Made by a program: the position numbers and the translations under genes
From: Carcharhinus longimanus
Lineage: Eukaryota
Length of the DNA stretch: 64,000 nucleotides
Assembly (NCBI GenBank): GCA_030264375.1
Contig: JASCQW010000190.1
Coordinates: 78,717,370-78,781,369, forward strand
Direction: 5' to 3'
In this document: one piece after another, positions 1-11,790 of the stretch
How the letters are laid out: each line of letters opens with the position of its first letter
Position numbering within the stretch: the first letter of the stretch is position 1
The notes under the pieces: model-generated
The model's database searches: none
What the model was told of the DNA's origin: nothing
Seen by the model: only the letters and a program-made list of their open reading frames with translations

Positions 1-720
1 ACAGTACTCCAGCTGCGGCCTCACCAATGCCCTATACAGCTGCAGCAAGACCTCCCTACTTTTATATTCAATCCCCTTCGCTATGAAGGCCAGTTCTAAG
101 CTAGAACTGCCAGCCATAAATCACAAATCTGCCATTAATATTGGTATCTGTAGCAACCAAAGTGACTGAACCAAGTGATTTTGGTATTATAAAATTATTG
201 GTTCTTGGTATTATAAAAATATTTAGCATCAAGTAATACAACAACTGTTGTATGCAGCTGGGAGGGAGTTGCCCTGGGAGTCCGCAACATTGACTCTGGA
301 CCCCATGAAATCTCTTGGCATCAGGTCAAGGCTCTCCCCCCTCTCCAAAACTGATGAATCAATGCTCCTCTATGTTGAGCATCACTTGAAGAAAACACTG
401 GGATTGGCAAGGGTGCAGATTGTTTTCTGGATGGGAGATTTTAATGTCCAATACCAAAAGTGGCTTGTCGCACGACTACAGGCAGAGCTGATTTAGTCCT
501 AAAGGACATAGATACTGGACTGAGTCTGCAGGTGTTTTGTGCACACTAGAATGATCACACCTCAATGTAATCATTGCAAATTAGCAAGGCCATTCAGCCT
601 ACCTTAATTTAGTTTTCCTCAGTTATCCTAATGCTCTCCAACTGTCTTATTCTTAAAGTCTCACAACTTTTGCCTCCATGGCAAAAGTTTGGAAATTTAT
701 TCCATACATTTATCATTCAT

Positions 721-1040
721 AGGATCATAGAATCCCTACAGTGCAGAAGGAGGCCATTTGGCCCATCAAGTCTGTACTGACCACAATCTCACCTTGGCCT
801 TATCCCCTTAAACTATGTACTTACCCTGCTAAGCCCCTGACACTGTGGGACAATTCACCACAGCCAATCAACCTAACCTGCATATATTTGGACAGTGGGA
901 GGAAACCAGAGCACCTGGAGGAAACCAATGCAGGCATAGGGAGAACGTGCAAACTCCACACAGACAGACGGTCACCCGAAGCCAGAACTGAACCCGGGTC
1001 CCTGGCACTGTGAGGAAGTAGTGCTAACCACTGTGCCATC
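721..1040 (-). mobile_element. HE1-type tRNA-derived SINE (further copies 8222-8530, 9585-9940, 26466-26775, 44705-44895 on -; 19440-19570, 20462-20643, 48420-48680 on +)
   Basis: Minus strand begins GGCACAGTGGTTAGCACT..GGGACCCGGGTTCA (A/B boxes), has the conserved GTGTGGAGTTTGCACGTTCTCCC core, and ends in a (GATTCTAT)n CR1-type tail. Confidence 0.88.
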
Positions 1041-1689
1041 ATAAAGAGTCACTTAAAATGATCCTTTTCTGGTTTAACTTTGTGGCCCTAGTTCGATTCT
1101 CAGAATTTTAATTCAAAGTAATATTCAACGTTAAAAGTTTTTACATGCTTAGCGATGTTAAAGATTCCAAGAGGATTATCTCCGAGTCATCCCAACTGTT
1201 GGCTGAAATGGACAAGTTTCTTGTGTATTTCCTTATCACTCAAATCTGTATGACTGAGGATCAGTTCTGTGGTTCTTCGCTGCACTGTCTCCAATGTTTG
1301 AGTGCCTCTTGTTTCTTGGCAACCAGAACTGGATGCAGTATTTAAAGGTGCAATCTGACTAGAACATCACTGCCTCTTCTGAGTTATATTCCATTCTTTT
1401 GGCTACGTTACATTCTTTTTGAACAAAGATGTCATATTAATATAAATATCTGCACTCATTAGCTGTCCATAAGTCATTAGCATTTTCTCCTCCATTAAGC
1501 AATCAGTTTCATTTAATGCAATATTTATGATATGAGGAGTAAATCATTTGGCTCACTGAGCTCACCCTGCCAGATTGTCAGTAATGGCAGCTATTTTTAT
1601 CTTTTCAATCTCAGTTTCTCGCACAATTTCCATCACTGCACAAATAACATCTCTCCTGTAAATACCTCAGTTGGTTTTGCATTTCTAAC

Positions 1690-2700
1690 GTTCTGAGGTT
1701 TGAATCCCACCACAGCAGGTGGTGGAACATGAATTCAATAAATTATCTAGAATTAGAAGTTTAATGATGACCATCAAACCATTGTTGTTTGTAGCGAATA
1801 CACATCTGGTTCATTGATGGCCTTTAGGGAAGGAAATATGCCATCCTTATCTTGTCTGGCCTACATGTGACTCCAGATCCCACAGCAATGTGATTGGCTC
1901 TTAAATACCCTCTAAAATGAGCCAGCAAGTCTCGCAGTTGTATCAAACCGCTGTAAAAAGTTTCCAAGGAATGAAACTGAATAGACCACCCTGCATCAAT
2001 CTAGGCACCAGAAACAACAACAGCAAACTCAGTCTTATCAATGCTGCAAAGTCTTCCTTCTTAACAACAGAGGATTTGTGCCATCACCATCCCTGGGTAC
2101 GTCCTGTCCCACCGCCACAACAGATCCAATGCTATAGAGTTGGGAGGGAGTTGCCCTGGGAGTCCTCAACATTGACACCAAATTCCATGAATTCTCATGG
2201 CATCAGGTCAAATTTGGACAAGGACACCTCCTGCTGATATCACATACCACCCCCCTCATCTGATGAATCACTATTCCTCCATGGTGAGCATCACTTGAAG
2301 AAAGCACTGAGGGGTCAAGGAAGCAGATTCTATTCTGGATCAGAGACTTCAATGTGCATTACCAAGAGTGGCTTGATAGCACTATTACAGACTGTGCTGA
2401 TTGAGTCCAAAGGCACGTAGCTGCTAAACTGGGTCTGCGGCAGTTGATGAGGGAATCAACAGGAGAGAAACATCATACATGACCTCATCCCCACCAACCT
2501 TCCAGGTGCAGATGCATCTGTCTATGACAGTCTTGATATAAGTGATCACAGCACAGCTTTTATGGAGACAAAGTCCCATCTTCACGTTGAGGGCATGCTC
2601 TATTGTGTTGTGGTATTACCATCAAGCTAAATGGAATAGATTTTGAACACATCTAGCAATTCCAATCTGGGTAACCATGGGGTGCTGTGGGCTTGCTTCA
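1690..2700 (+). mobile_element. CR1-group LINE 5' part (SINE-like 5' UTR plus APE endonuclease); related endonuclease fragment at 250-535
   Basis: EGVALGVLNID..SWHQVK..EHHLKKAL, DFNVHYQEWL, and HDLIPTNLP..SDHS; the 250-535 copy has WMGDFNV. Confidence 0.75.
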
Positions 2701-3399
2701 GCTGACACCATTGTTGAAAAATTCCAAGTCATTTGTGGTAGAAGACATTAAAGTTGCTTAGAGTTGTTGGTTGCATTTTGGAGCACAAACGCTGACAGTC
2801 ATCCTTTCTCTTCCCTCACCGTGAGATAAGTTAGTGCCACCATGAAAGACGGCCCAACATTATGGGACCCTGATGAAATAGCCAAGCCATTGCAGACTCC
2901 TTGGAGTCTCCAGTCTGCTGCCACAGAGCCTCTTCACAGGCACACTGAGGGCTCAGTCTGTTCCTCCCTGCGTATGCCTATTCTCTATCATGTGCAGCCG
3001 TAACAGGTCCCAGCAGAGTCTCAGCCCACCCAGCTCTCTGAACAATCTCTCAGACAGCAGCAGGAGGAAGAGTTGTCAATGTTGTATCTTCACTGTAACA
3101 AATTGAAGGCAACTCATTGTGGCTCAAAGAATAAAAGGATTTATTGCCAACAACAAATAGTTATTTGCAAGCAAGGTTCTGACAGAACTAAATATGTGAC
3201 TATTCTCCACTCCACCCTGACTCCAATTGAGGATCCTCCCCAACCCAGGATTCACATCTTTGCACTTGATTAGCTCGGCTTGCCGCATTGACACTCCATA
3301 GGCTCCGGCCCGATCGTGTGGCCATTAGGGAATGCTCCCTTAATGGGGCCACACTACCACAGTCAGAAAGGACTAATACGTCATCCATCAGCACAAATA

Positions 3400-4310
3400 C
3401 CAACACCTCAGTGGGCCCATGTTTGAGAGAGAAGCAGAAGCACATGGTGAGGGGCACATCACTCACGCAGGAGGTATTTGAAGCAAAGGCAGCAGTGGAG
3501 AATCCTCCTTGGAAAGGGAAAGACAGTAACAGTGAGAAAGGCCCTGAAGAGTCATTGTCTGGGCCTCAGTACTTGAAGGAGGAGGAACAGAATTCTGGTC
3601 ATCCGTCAGAGTTTCCTGAGGCAGTGCAGACTGATGGCCAGTGACTGAGGAGTCCATGGCATAGATGAGCTCAACCACATCTCAAGACTTTGAGTTATAA
3701 GCTTCTTCCGTAAAAGAGTTCATGGAGATCCAAATGCAGCAGCACCTGGAGTGCAAGCAGAAACAGCATCATGTCCTTCTCAGGGTGCAGGGCACTGTAT
3801 ATAGCCTTGACCAGTCCATTCATAATCTAAGCACTGATGTCCATGGAATATATGAGGCACTGAGCTTGGACATGACATTCCTACAGAGTGACCCAATGGG
3901 ATACAGAGGGAATGCCAGCTGTGTCCCAGCTGTAGATTCCCTCATGCCAATGGCAGAGCCTGTCAAAGAGAGAGGACATGCCAGAGGAAGTTAAGGGTCC
4001 CAGAGCTCTTGTGTCGCCTTCATTGTCCCAATTTTGAAAGAGGGACAACATATGGAGCAGGGCCTAGTGATAATGGCTGTCCCTGCCAGCCCAGGAGGGA
4101 CCTCAATGGATCACTCTCAGATGAGGACAACTACCACAGTGTCAACAACTACAAAGCCAGGGATGTGAGAAGGCTGCTTCCACCTCCTCTGAGGCAACAA
4201 GTGAATGCCAACTTACCAGTGCCTGAATGTGGAGGGCAAAGCATTGTGTAGATCACTAATTGGGTCATTGTGGTTGTGTTGTAGATGTTGCATGCATGTA
4301 TTAACTTTGA
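3400..4310 (+). mobile_element. Probable remnant of a Harbinger accessory (Myb/SANT-type) ORF
   Basis: Broken coiled-coil-like ORFs (MEIQMQQHLE..VYSLDQSIHNLS) convergent with the nearby Harbinger transposase. No diagnostic domain is visible. Confidence 0.35.
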
Positions 4311-4330
4311 CTCACCGTGTAAATAGCTTC

Positions 4331-5075
4331 TGTTATAAGTAGATAAGAGGTGGAATAGCTCACTTCATTTCCCATTCCTCATTAGATCATAACAGGATTT
4401 ATTTTTAATTTCAAAAGATGTGCTTGCTAATTCTGTAACCGTTTATGCGCTGTGAGCATGAAGGAATCAATAGGACAGATTTTCTTGAGATTAACAAAGG
4501 AAGAAGTTAGTTTTTTTGTAGTTACAATGATCTAAGTAAAATAATCAAATACATACTAGCTTCCACATGTGCACACATACTCAAGGGACCACATACACAC
4601 ACAAATACAGATTACAGAGCGAGGAAGGATAGATTCCGCAAGTAAAAGGAATATATAGTCAGTGGCGCAGTTGCTTAGTCGTTCCTTTGGCGCTCTTGAT
4701 ATTTCAATTTAAAGTTACAGCCAGTTCATTTGGCTGTTCCTCTGGAGACAATGAGATTGAGCAGAATGTCTGAAAAAAAGGGGTGTCTGCATGCAGATCG
4801 TGTGCTCTGGTTGGACTCAATCAATAAACAGGGCTGAAAGCTTGCTCGGAAGGGTGGTGAGAGACCAAAGCTCAGTAACTTCAGCTGTTCGTCTTCAGCT
4901 CATCAGCATCAAGTTGCTGCCAAAACATTTCTTTGTTAACACATGAAAGGTGGTTGCTGGTCATGTGACTTGCTCCCTCCACTGTCAGAGGACAAATCCA
5001 AATCAGATTCACGTCTTCAAAAAGGTAGCTTGATTAGTTTATAGCCACAAAGTTTGCCATTGCCTTGTGGCCCAA
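4331..5075. repeat. Probable solo LTR or LTR fragment
   Basis: TGTTA start and LTR-like composition interrupting Harbinger-derived DNA; right boundary uncertain. Confidence 0.35.
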
Positions 5076-5089
5076 GTAATTAGATTTAA

Positions 5090-6235
5090 TGAGCGGGATT
5101 TTGAGTCCATGTTTGCCATCCGTGGGAATGGCGACTGGGGTTCAACATCTGGCAAAACCCAGAGTTTGCAAATCTCACCAGCGAAATCGCAATTTCAGAT
5201 TGTCGCTGCTCCTTGCCAGTAACGTAATCAAGCTCACACCCACAACATTTAATTACTTATAATTAAATACCCCCCTGCCAAATACTGAGCCCCCATTATA
5301 TTTTCAAACCACACCGATGTGACATCACATCAGTGAGGCATACAACAGGTTCACCCAGACCTGAACCTGTCGAATGGAACCTTGTGAAGGCATGAAGGGA
5401 GAGGGACATGGCCAGGGAGTGGACTGGCAATGCACCTGGCTCTACTTCTTGGTAAGAAGTCTCACCACACCAGGTTAAAGTCCAACAGGTTTATTTGGTA
5501 ACAAATGCTACTAGCTTTCGGAGCACAGCTCCTTCATCAGGTTAACCTGGTGTTGTGAGACTTCCTACTATGTTTACTCCAGTTCAACGCTGGCATCTCC
5601 ACATCATGTCAACTCCTTGGCACAGGTCAGCACTGTCAGGTCAGAACCGCCAAATTAGCATCACACCACACTGACAGTACTACCATGCGTCAGGGGCAGT
5701 GTCAAGGGAGCACCGCAGTGGGACCCTCAAGGGGGAAAGGGTGGAATTCATTTTATGTGATGGTGGGTGGGAGCAGTTGTGGGGGTTGGGGTTGCCAGTG
5801 ATCGCCGTGGCATTGGGGGGGTGGGGGGGAGGAGTCCAAAGTTCAGGGGAGGAGAGGGATGCCAGCACTGACTGCTGGAGGGGTTGGAATTGGAAATGCC
5901 AGCTCCAGTCAGGGTAGCTGGGGGACGAATACTGGTTCTCATCACAGGGCAGGTGGGTAGGGGTGAGCCCCTGAGACTTCTTTGGTGGGGTGGGGAGAAA
6001 TTACTTTTTGCTTTGATTGAGCGCCCTCTAAACATGACGTCTTGATCTCAGTGCAGTTGGGCTTTGCTGGCATGTTGAAGCATGACACAAGAGATACGGT
6101 CTTTCACATTCCTCAGGGGTTAATTATCTTTGGTGGGATCTTCACAGACCTAGCATCTTCATCTCAATGGAGTGAAATGTGAACCGTGTTGTAATGCAGA
6201 TTGCGATAGCCCACTTTTTGCCTGCAATTTTCTAG
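5090..6235. mobile_element. Harbinger-type MITE family member (related blocks at ~10860-11200, 23000-23900, 36890-37510)
   Basis: Shared GC-rich interior: GGGTGAGCCCCTGAGACTTC at ~5961 recurs as GGGGGAGCCCCTGAGACTTC at ~23665. Confidence 0.5.
5451..5607. mobile_element. Short Penelope-type element with inverted ends and a hammerhead-like core on the minus strand
   Basis: Inverted repeat 5453-5478 / 5542-5568. Minus strand 5540-5516 reads CTGATGA-A-GGAGC-TGT-GCTCC-GAAA. Confidence 0.6.
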
Positions 6236-6444
6236 TCATCCTCTTTAGCCTGTTGTTTATTTAAAGTCTTCTTCAAAGTTCAAGTCCAAGTTTCCAGCCA
6301 GTGGATTAAAAATCATTATTTGATAGATGCACATCTTCATGACAATTCTCTCTTCAGTATGATAATCTGTCTTTATATTTTGTGCTAAACAGTGGTAACC
6401 ATGCATATCAGTAACAGTGGAGACTGCAGGCAGTAATCCATCTC

Positions 6445-7800
6445 TCAGTAACGGGAAGATTGGAGAGGCTGGATGCATGATTGTCTTTCCTGTGTCAGAT
6501 TGCTGCAGTCACAGCATGTGATTTGTCCTTCAGATTTCTGAGTTTGTCTGCTGAACCTTTGCTGGATCAGGTTGTCCCTCACAAACCTGACTTCCTGAAC
6601 AGACCTTGTTACGCTTAGAGCTTGGTCACCTCCATATTGACTCAGAACAACCTGCAAGGCAGAAGCCTTCCTTTCCACATCTCCTGTCCCATTCTCTCCC
6701 ATATTCTGTTCATTCTCTGAGGACATCACACCTTCCACTCTCTGTGTCTCTTCAAGGATCACTTTGCTCTGTTGGGCCATGTTGTGAAGCATGCAGCAGA
6801 CCCCACTCATGCCAGAAACCCAAATCCATGAGTATTGTAGGGTGCCACCTGAGAGGTCCAAGCAACAAAAGCACATCAGGCTGATAGATTGTTCGATGTG
6901 GATTCCTGTCTGCAAATGGCTGTCACTGGAACAACCTTCTGGTTAAGTTCATGATTCATGCACAAGAATAATGAATCATTACCTCTGACTGTAAACCCTG
7001 TCTAGCAGATTCCATCTGTGTGTGTGTGGGGGGGGGGAATGGGATGGAAGCACATTGGATGAACTGGTTTGACTGGAGAATAAAACATGCAACATGGCAG
7101 GTTCCAGGAAAGTATTCACTGACATGCAGGAAGTTTCCATTGTGGTCACAGACGAGTTGCACATTCTTGGATTGGTAGAACTACCTACTGATTAATATCT
7201 CTGGCATGTCACTTGATGCCCTTCATAACCACATGGGTTCAGTCAATGATATCCTGTGTACATGTGTGAACACAGTAAAAAGTCTGACAACACCAGGTTT
7301 TAGTATTCCCACATACATGTGTGAACTCAGCAATTGTGGCAAATCGAAGTGCTCTCTGAGCTTTGGAGGTCTAACCGCTGGGAGATTTGATGTTGTCTGC
7401 AGCCTTGGCTAAAAGGGCATTTGGGATCACAATGATTTGGCTGACTTGGAAATGCCACAGAGGTCCGTGGCTGAGCAGTGAAATCATCCAGAGACAAAGA
7501 ATTCAAAGCTACGGTTACCTTGACTGTTATTGGCAAGGCCTAGCTATGGGTGCAGGTGTGAGCGCCTCATTGACAAGGGCACAAACCTTTGTGACTATCC
7601 CCCTAGAGAAGCAGTCTCCTTCGGCATTGCTGTTTTGACATGTCCAGGTAACTTCACCTGTGCCAGTCTGTCCTGCACTTTGGGTAGCTCGTCCTCTCCT
7701 CCATTGGTCTAGCTCTGCAACTGTTGCTCCTGATGCCCAGGGACCCTTTCTCACTCTACATGCTGCCACTACAACGTCTCTATGACCTCTATGTGCGATG
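6445..7800 (-). mobile_element. PIF/Harbinger transposase (HARBI1-like DDE nuclease) pseudogene
   Basis: Collinear fragments PITVKVTVALN, QLVCDH..FPGTCH..FILQS, LLDRVY (degenerate LGDKGY) and IEQSISL..CLDLSGGTLQYS..CCMLHNMA. Confidence 0.8.
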
Positions 7801-8818
7801 GCACCCAGTCCCAATTTCAGGTACGCCCTTCTTATTGCCTAGATCATATTCAAGCAGCCTGATTCAATGTCTCAATGCCCAGGCAATGCTGGGATTATTA
7901 CAACCTCTGCCATTCCACTGGCCCCTGGTGAGCTCCTGCAACTTTTCAATGCATGCAATTTGACCTTTCAGCTAATTCAAACCATTCCAGTAAAGTTTCA
8001 AAGGCTTTCCTTGCTTGCTGGTTCAATTCTATCACTGTCCACATCCCCACTTTGTTAAGGATTCCTGTTCCCCACCTATTACTTGGAAAATTGTTTGGCC
8101 TTTAACTTGGAGCACTTTATCACAGACTCAACAAGCTTAACTGTAGCTTTGATGGGTTTGTGTCTATTCTGCCACCCACATTCTTTCCCATGTAGTGCCA
8201 AGCGCCCAATGCCAGAAATAAAGAATCATAGAATCCATACAGTGCAGGAGGCCATTTGACCCATCACGCCTGCACCAATAACAGTACCACCCAGGCCCTA
8301 TCCCCATAAACTCACGTATTTGACCTGCTAATTGCTCTGACTCTTGCATGGCCAATTATGTAATCTGCACATCTTTGGACTGTGGGAGGAAACCAGAGCA
8401 CCTAGAGCAAATCTATGCAGACACAAGGGAATAATCAAACTCTACACAGGTAGTGAGTGACTCAAGACCAGAATTGAACCTGGGTCCCTGGCGCTGTGAG
8501 GCAGCAATGCTAGCCACTGTGCTACCGTGCCAAACTTGCAAGCCACAATGTTTGGCTAGTTTTTTTTGTCCTGATTCAGGATGAGAAAATGGGATCAGCA
8601 TCTTTGGAAGAACAGAAGGAAAAGAATTGTTGGACAAAGTATATTTAAAATTGGATATAAATGCTGTTGTAATAGAAATAGATGGAAAATGACTGCTACA
8701 TTAGGCATTTATGTTTACAATGATTGCACTGACTTCAAGTCCAAGAGCATCTGGATCTCCCAACTGCACAATACTTTTTGCAAAACAACAGATAAAGTTA
8801 AAAGGTATGCTCCCCCAC

Positions 8819-8963
8819 CTGTCACTGCCAATACACGGCTTTTCGAGCCAAGTTGATCGAGACCTATCGGAGTGCTCTGAGACAAGATGAGTGCTCGATT
8901 GCAGTGGGACACAGCTCTGAAAGGTGGTACATGGTGTGGCGGTGGTGGACGGCAACTTGCTGG
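8819..8963 (-). CDS. SPATA13-like Rho GEF, exon with the SQSTPIGLD motif (upstream of the APC-binding region and SH3)
   Basis: Acceptor ttcaaattacag|CCA at 8963, donor ACAG|GTGGGG at 8819, 145 nt, phase 0-1. PASCRPPPPHHVPPFRAVSHCNRALILSQSTPIGLDQLG aligns to SPATA13 PASRPPMPAHQVPPYKAVSARFRPFTFSQSTPIGLDRVG. Confidence 0.9.
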
Positions 8964-9117
8964 CTGTAATTTGAAAGAAATAATCAAAATTATGTCTAAT
9001 AGAATAGTGTTAAAACATATTGTGAATATCTAAATTGAATTAGTTCATCCAACTATCCTTCCAGCCCGTGAAGATCCCAACACTAGATCTAAAATTTGAA
9101 CTGATTAACTATTAATT

Positions 9118-9213
9118 ATTCTGACGAAGGGTCCTCTAGATTCAAAACATTGGCTCTATTGTCTCCCCACAGATGTTTGCAAACCTGTTGAGATTTTCCA
9201 GCGTTTTCTGTTT
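9118..9213 (+). repeat. Penelope pseudo-LTR fragment with a decayed hammerhead core (other copies 29113-29208 -, 48052-48148 +, 57598-57725 -)
   Basis: CTGACGAAGGGTC...GATTCAAAAC followed by the same tail as 25826-25925. Confidence 0.7.
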
Positions 9214-10007
9214 ATGTGAATTATTATTATTTCCTAAGAATGCCCACATATCTCACTCTTCTAATAATTCTGTCAACAGTCCTGAAGTTATTAGTTTCAA
9301 GACAGAACAAAACTTTGAAAAAGCCATCCATGTAATGGCAGCTCTGAATGTCATAGAACTGAATTATGAACAAAGACTATCAAAATGACAATGCCAAGGG
9401 AAAATGCAGGCAATTTGATAGTGCTGGTCAGTTGACGTGAGTCCTTTGCACCCAAGGAGGTAGATCCAAAGCTCAATCTTGTTTAAATTAGACTAGTGAG
9501 CTTCAGACAGCTGCATAGCCCCAGGCTGCCTGCCAACAAAGCAAACATCAATTATAGACAACTGTAATGCCAGCAGTGAGGCTCAAAGAATCCCTATAGA
9601 GCAGTAGAGGCCATTTGGCCCATTGTGTTTGTACTGACTCTCTGACAGAGTAACTTGGCCAGGTTCTCTCTCGCTCCCTATCCCCGTAACCCCGTATAAT
9701 TTCCCACAGCCAACCCATCTAATCTACACATCTTGGGACACTAAGGAGCAAATTAACATGGCCAATCCACCTAACCTACACATCTTGGACTGTGGCAGGA
9801 AACCAGAGCACCCGGAGGAAATCCATGCCAACACAGGGAGAATATGCAAACTCTACACAGAAAGTTACCCAAGGTTGGAATTGAACCTGGGTCCTTGGCA
9901 CAGTGAGACAGCGGTGCTAACCATTATGTCACCATACTGCCCTTCTGAGAGGAAGGCAGTCGGGAGAGGGCAGTGCAAGTGCTTGCAACAGTTTTCAGGA
10001 CTACTCT

Positions 10008-10280
10008 AAAGTTTATTTATTAGTGTCACAAGTAGGATTACATTAACACTGTTACTGTGAAAATCCCCTAGTGGCCACACTCTGGCGCCTGTTCAGGTAC
10101 ACTGAGGGAGAGTTTAGCATGGCCAGTGCACTTAACCAGAATGTCTTTCAGACTGTGGGAGGAGACTCACGCAGACATGGGGAGAATGTACAGACTCTGC
10201 ACAGAAATCGACCCAAGCCAGGAATCGATGCAAGGTCCCTGGCATTGAGAGATAGCAGTGCAAATCACTGTGTTGCCCCA
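10008..10280 (-). mobile_element. HE1-related SINE with an alternative 3' tail (copies 27860-28019 + 34691-34816, 51221-51460, 52240-52525)
   Basis: Same head and core as HE1, but the tail reads ...CAGTGTTAATGTAA(G/T)CCTACTTGTGACACTAATAAA. Confidence 0.8.
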
Positions 10281-10289
10281 GTGCCATTT

Positions 10290-10860
10290 TTGCTCTTCCA
10301 GCTGCTTCACATTCAAAGAAATGTTTCTTTTTCCACAGTCCCTTTTTGGACCCCCAGTTAGACTCCTTGCAGACATATGTAGGGTCAGGAAAGAGATTCT
10401 GCTTAGGGTGCATGAGTAGTTAGGGGATAATTTGAAAAAAAGAACATCTATATTAATAAACTCTGGGCCTCTACTTGAGCCATGAGAAAATTGGCTTAGG
10501 GTAAATAAGATTAGAGTTAAAGCTGTGACTTAAAGATTTGTATGGGAGAAATTGGTTTTGATTCATGGGGCATTGACACCAATACTGAGGAATATGGGAG
10601 CTGTATCATAGGGAGAGTCTTCACTTGAGCCACGCTGAAACCAGTGATCTGGCAAGTCATATAATTGGGGCCGTAGAGAGAGTTTTAAAATAAATAATGA
10701 GAGTGAGGGGTCAAGTGTGAAAGAGACAGGTCAAGGCAAGAGAGCAATGATAATCAGAGCATGACAGGAAGGGTAGAGTGAATAAGCTTAAGCGTGAGCC
10801 AGTAGATGAGGCAAGGTGTTAGAAAAATGCTAAAAGGAATAAACTAAAATCTCTGGCTGT
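10290..10860 (+). mobile_element. CR1 ORF1 (esterase-type) remnant
   Basis: Degenerate FMGHxHQY..LYHRESLHLSH motif (DGLHLN-like). Confidence 0.55.
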
Positions 10861-11219
10861 GATGAAGTCACACGAGAGCCGAGAAATCAGGATCACACCC
10901 GATTTCTTGACTCTCGTGATCCCATCGGCACCGGATCTCCAGCGTGGTCAGCCTCTTGCCCGTTTCTAGTGAGAGGTTGAATATGTTATTCAAAATTTAA
11001 ATAGTTATTAGCGTGGCATTAGCGAGCCTGAGACACAATCCTCCGGACTCACTTGCCTTTGTAGCCTCGCTGGGTTCCCATGAATGGTGAACAGTTATGG
11101 CCCTCACTGATAGAGCCAGAGGCCATTGGGGCCTCCTGGGAAGATCGCAGGCCGGGGGTGCCCCTTGAGCAGTGTCAACCTGGCACCTTGGCACTGTCTT
11201 GTGGGCACTATATAAAATG

Positions 11220-11790
11220 CTTTGCTTATAATTGTGCTGGGCATTGTTGAGACCACGTCTGGAGCATTGTGTACACTTGTGGTCTCCTTATTTAAGAAAA
11301 GGACATAATTGCAACAGTTCAGAGAAAGTTTGTGCAACTGATTGATAGGATGAGAGGTTATCTTACAAGGAAAGGTTGAACAAGTTGGGCTTGTATCCAT
11401 TGGACTTTAAAAGAAAGGGAAGTGACTGCATAGAAACACGTAAGATCCTGAAGGGCTTGACAGAGTAGTTGCTGAATAAATGTTTCACTTTATGGGAGAA
11501 ACCAGAACAAAGGGACACAGTTTAAAAAATCCCATTTAAGATGGGGAAGAGGACAACTTTTTTCTCTCAGAGGGTCACGAGCATCATTCCCCAGATAGTA
11601 ATTGAGGTGGAGCCATTGCATATTATTAAAGCAGAGGTAGACAGTTTATTCGATCAATGGAATCAAAAGGTAACAGGGATATGCAGGATAATGGTGGTGA
11701 GAGCACAGTCAAATCAACCATGGTTTATTGAGTGGCGGAACAGACTCAGGGGGACCAAATATTTTATTTCTGCCCCTAATTTGTATATTT
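11220..11790 (+). mobile_element. CR1 LINE 3' fragment
   Basis: LLRPRLEHCVH and TTFFSQRV..IIKAEVD. Confidence 0.75.

Noticed and set aside
721-1040. tRNA genes suggested by A/B-box heads of SINEs
   Set aside because: The heads run into SINE cores and tails and show no complete cloverleaf.
1505-1525. IALNE-like peptide resembling the end of the next Asef exon (QLAINE)
   Set aside because: No GT donor follows and the upstream GSEED motif is absent; the true exon is probably outside the window.
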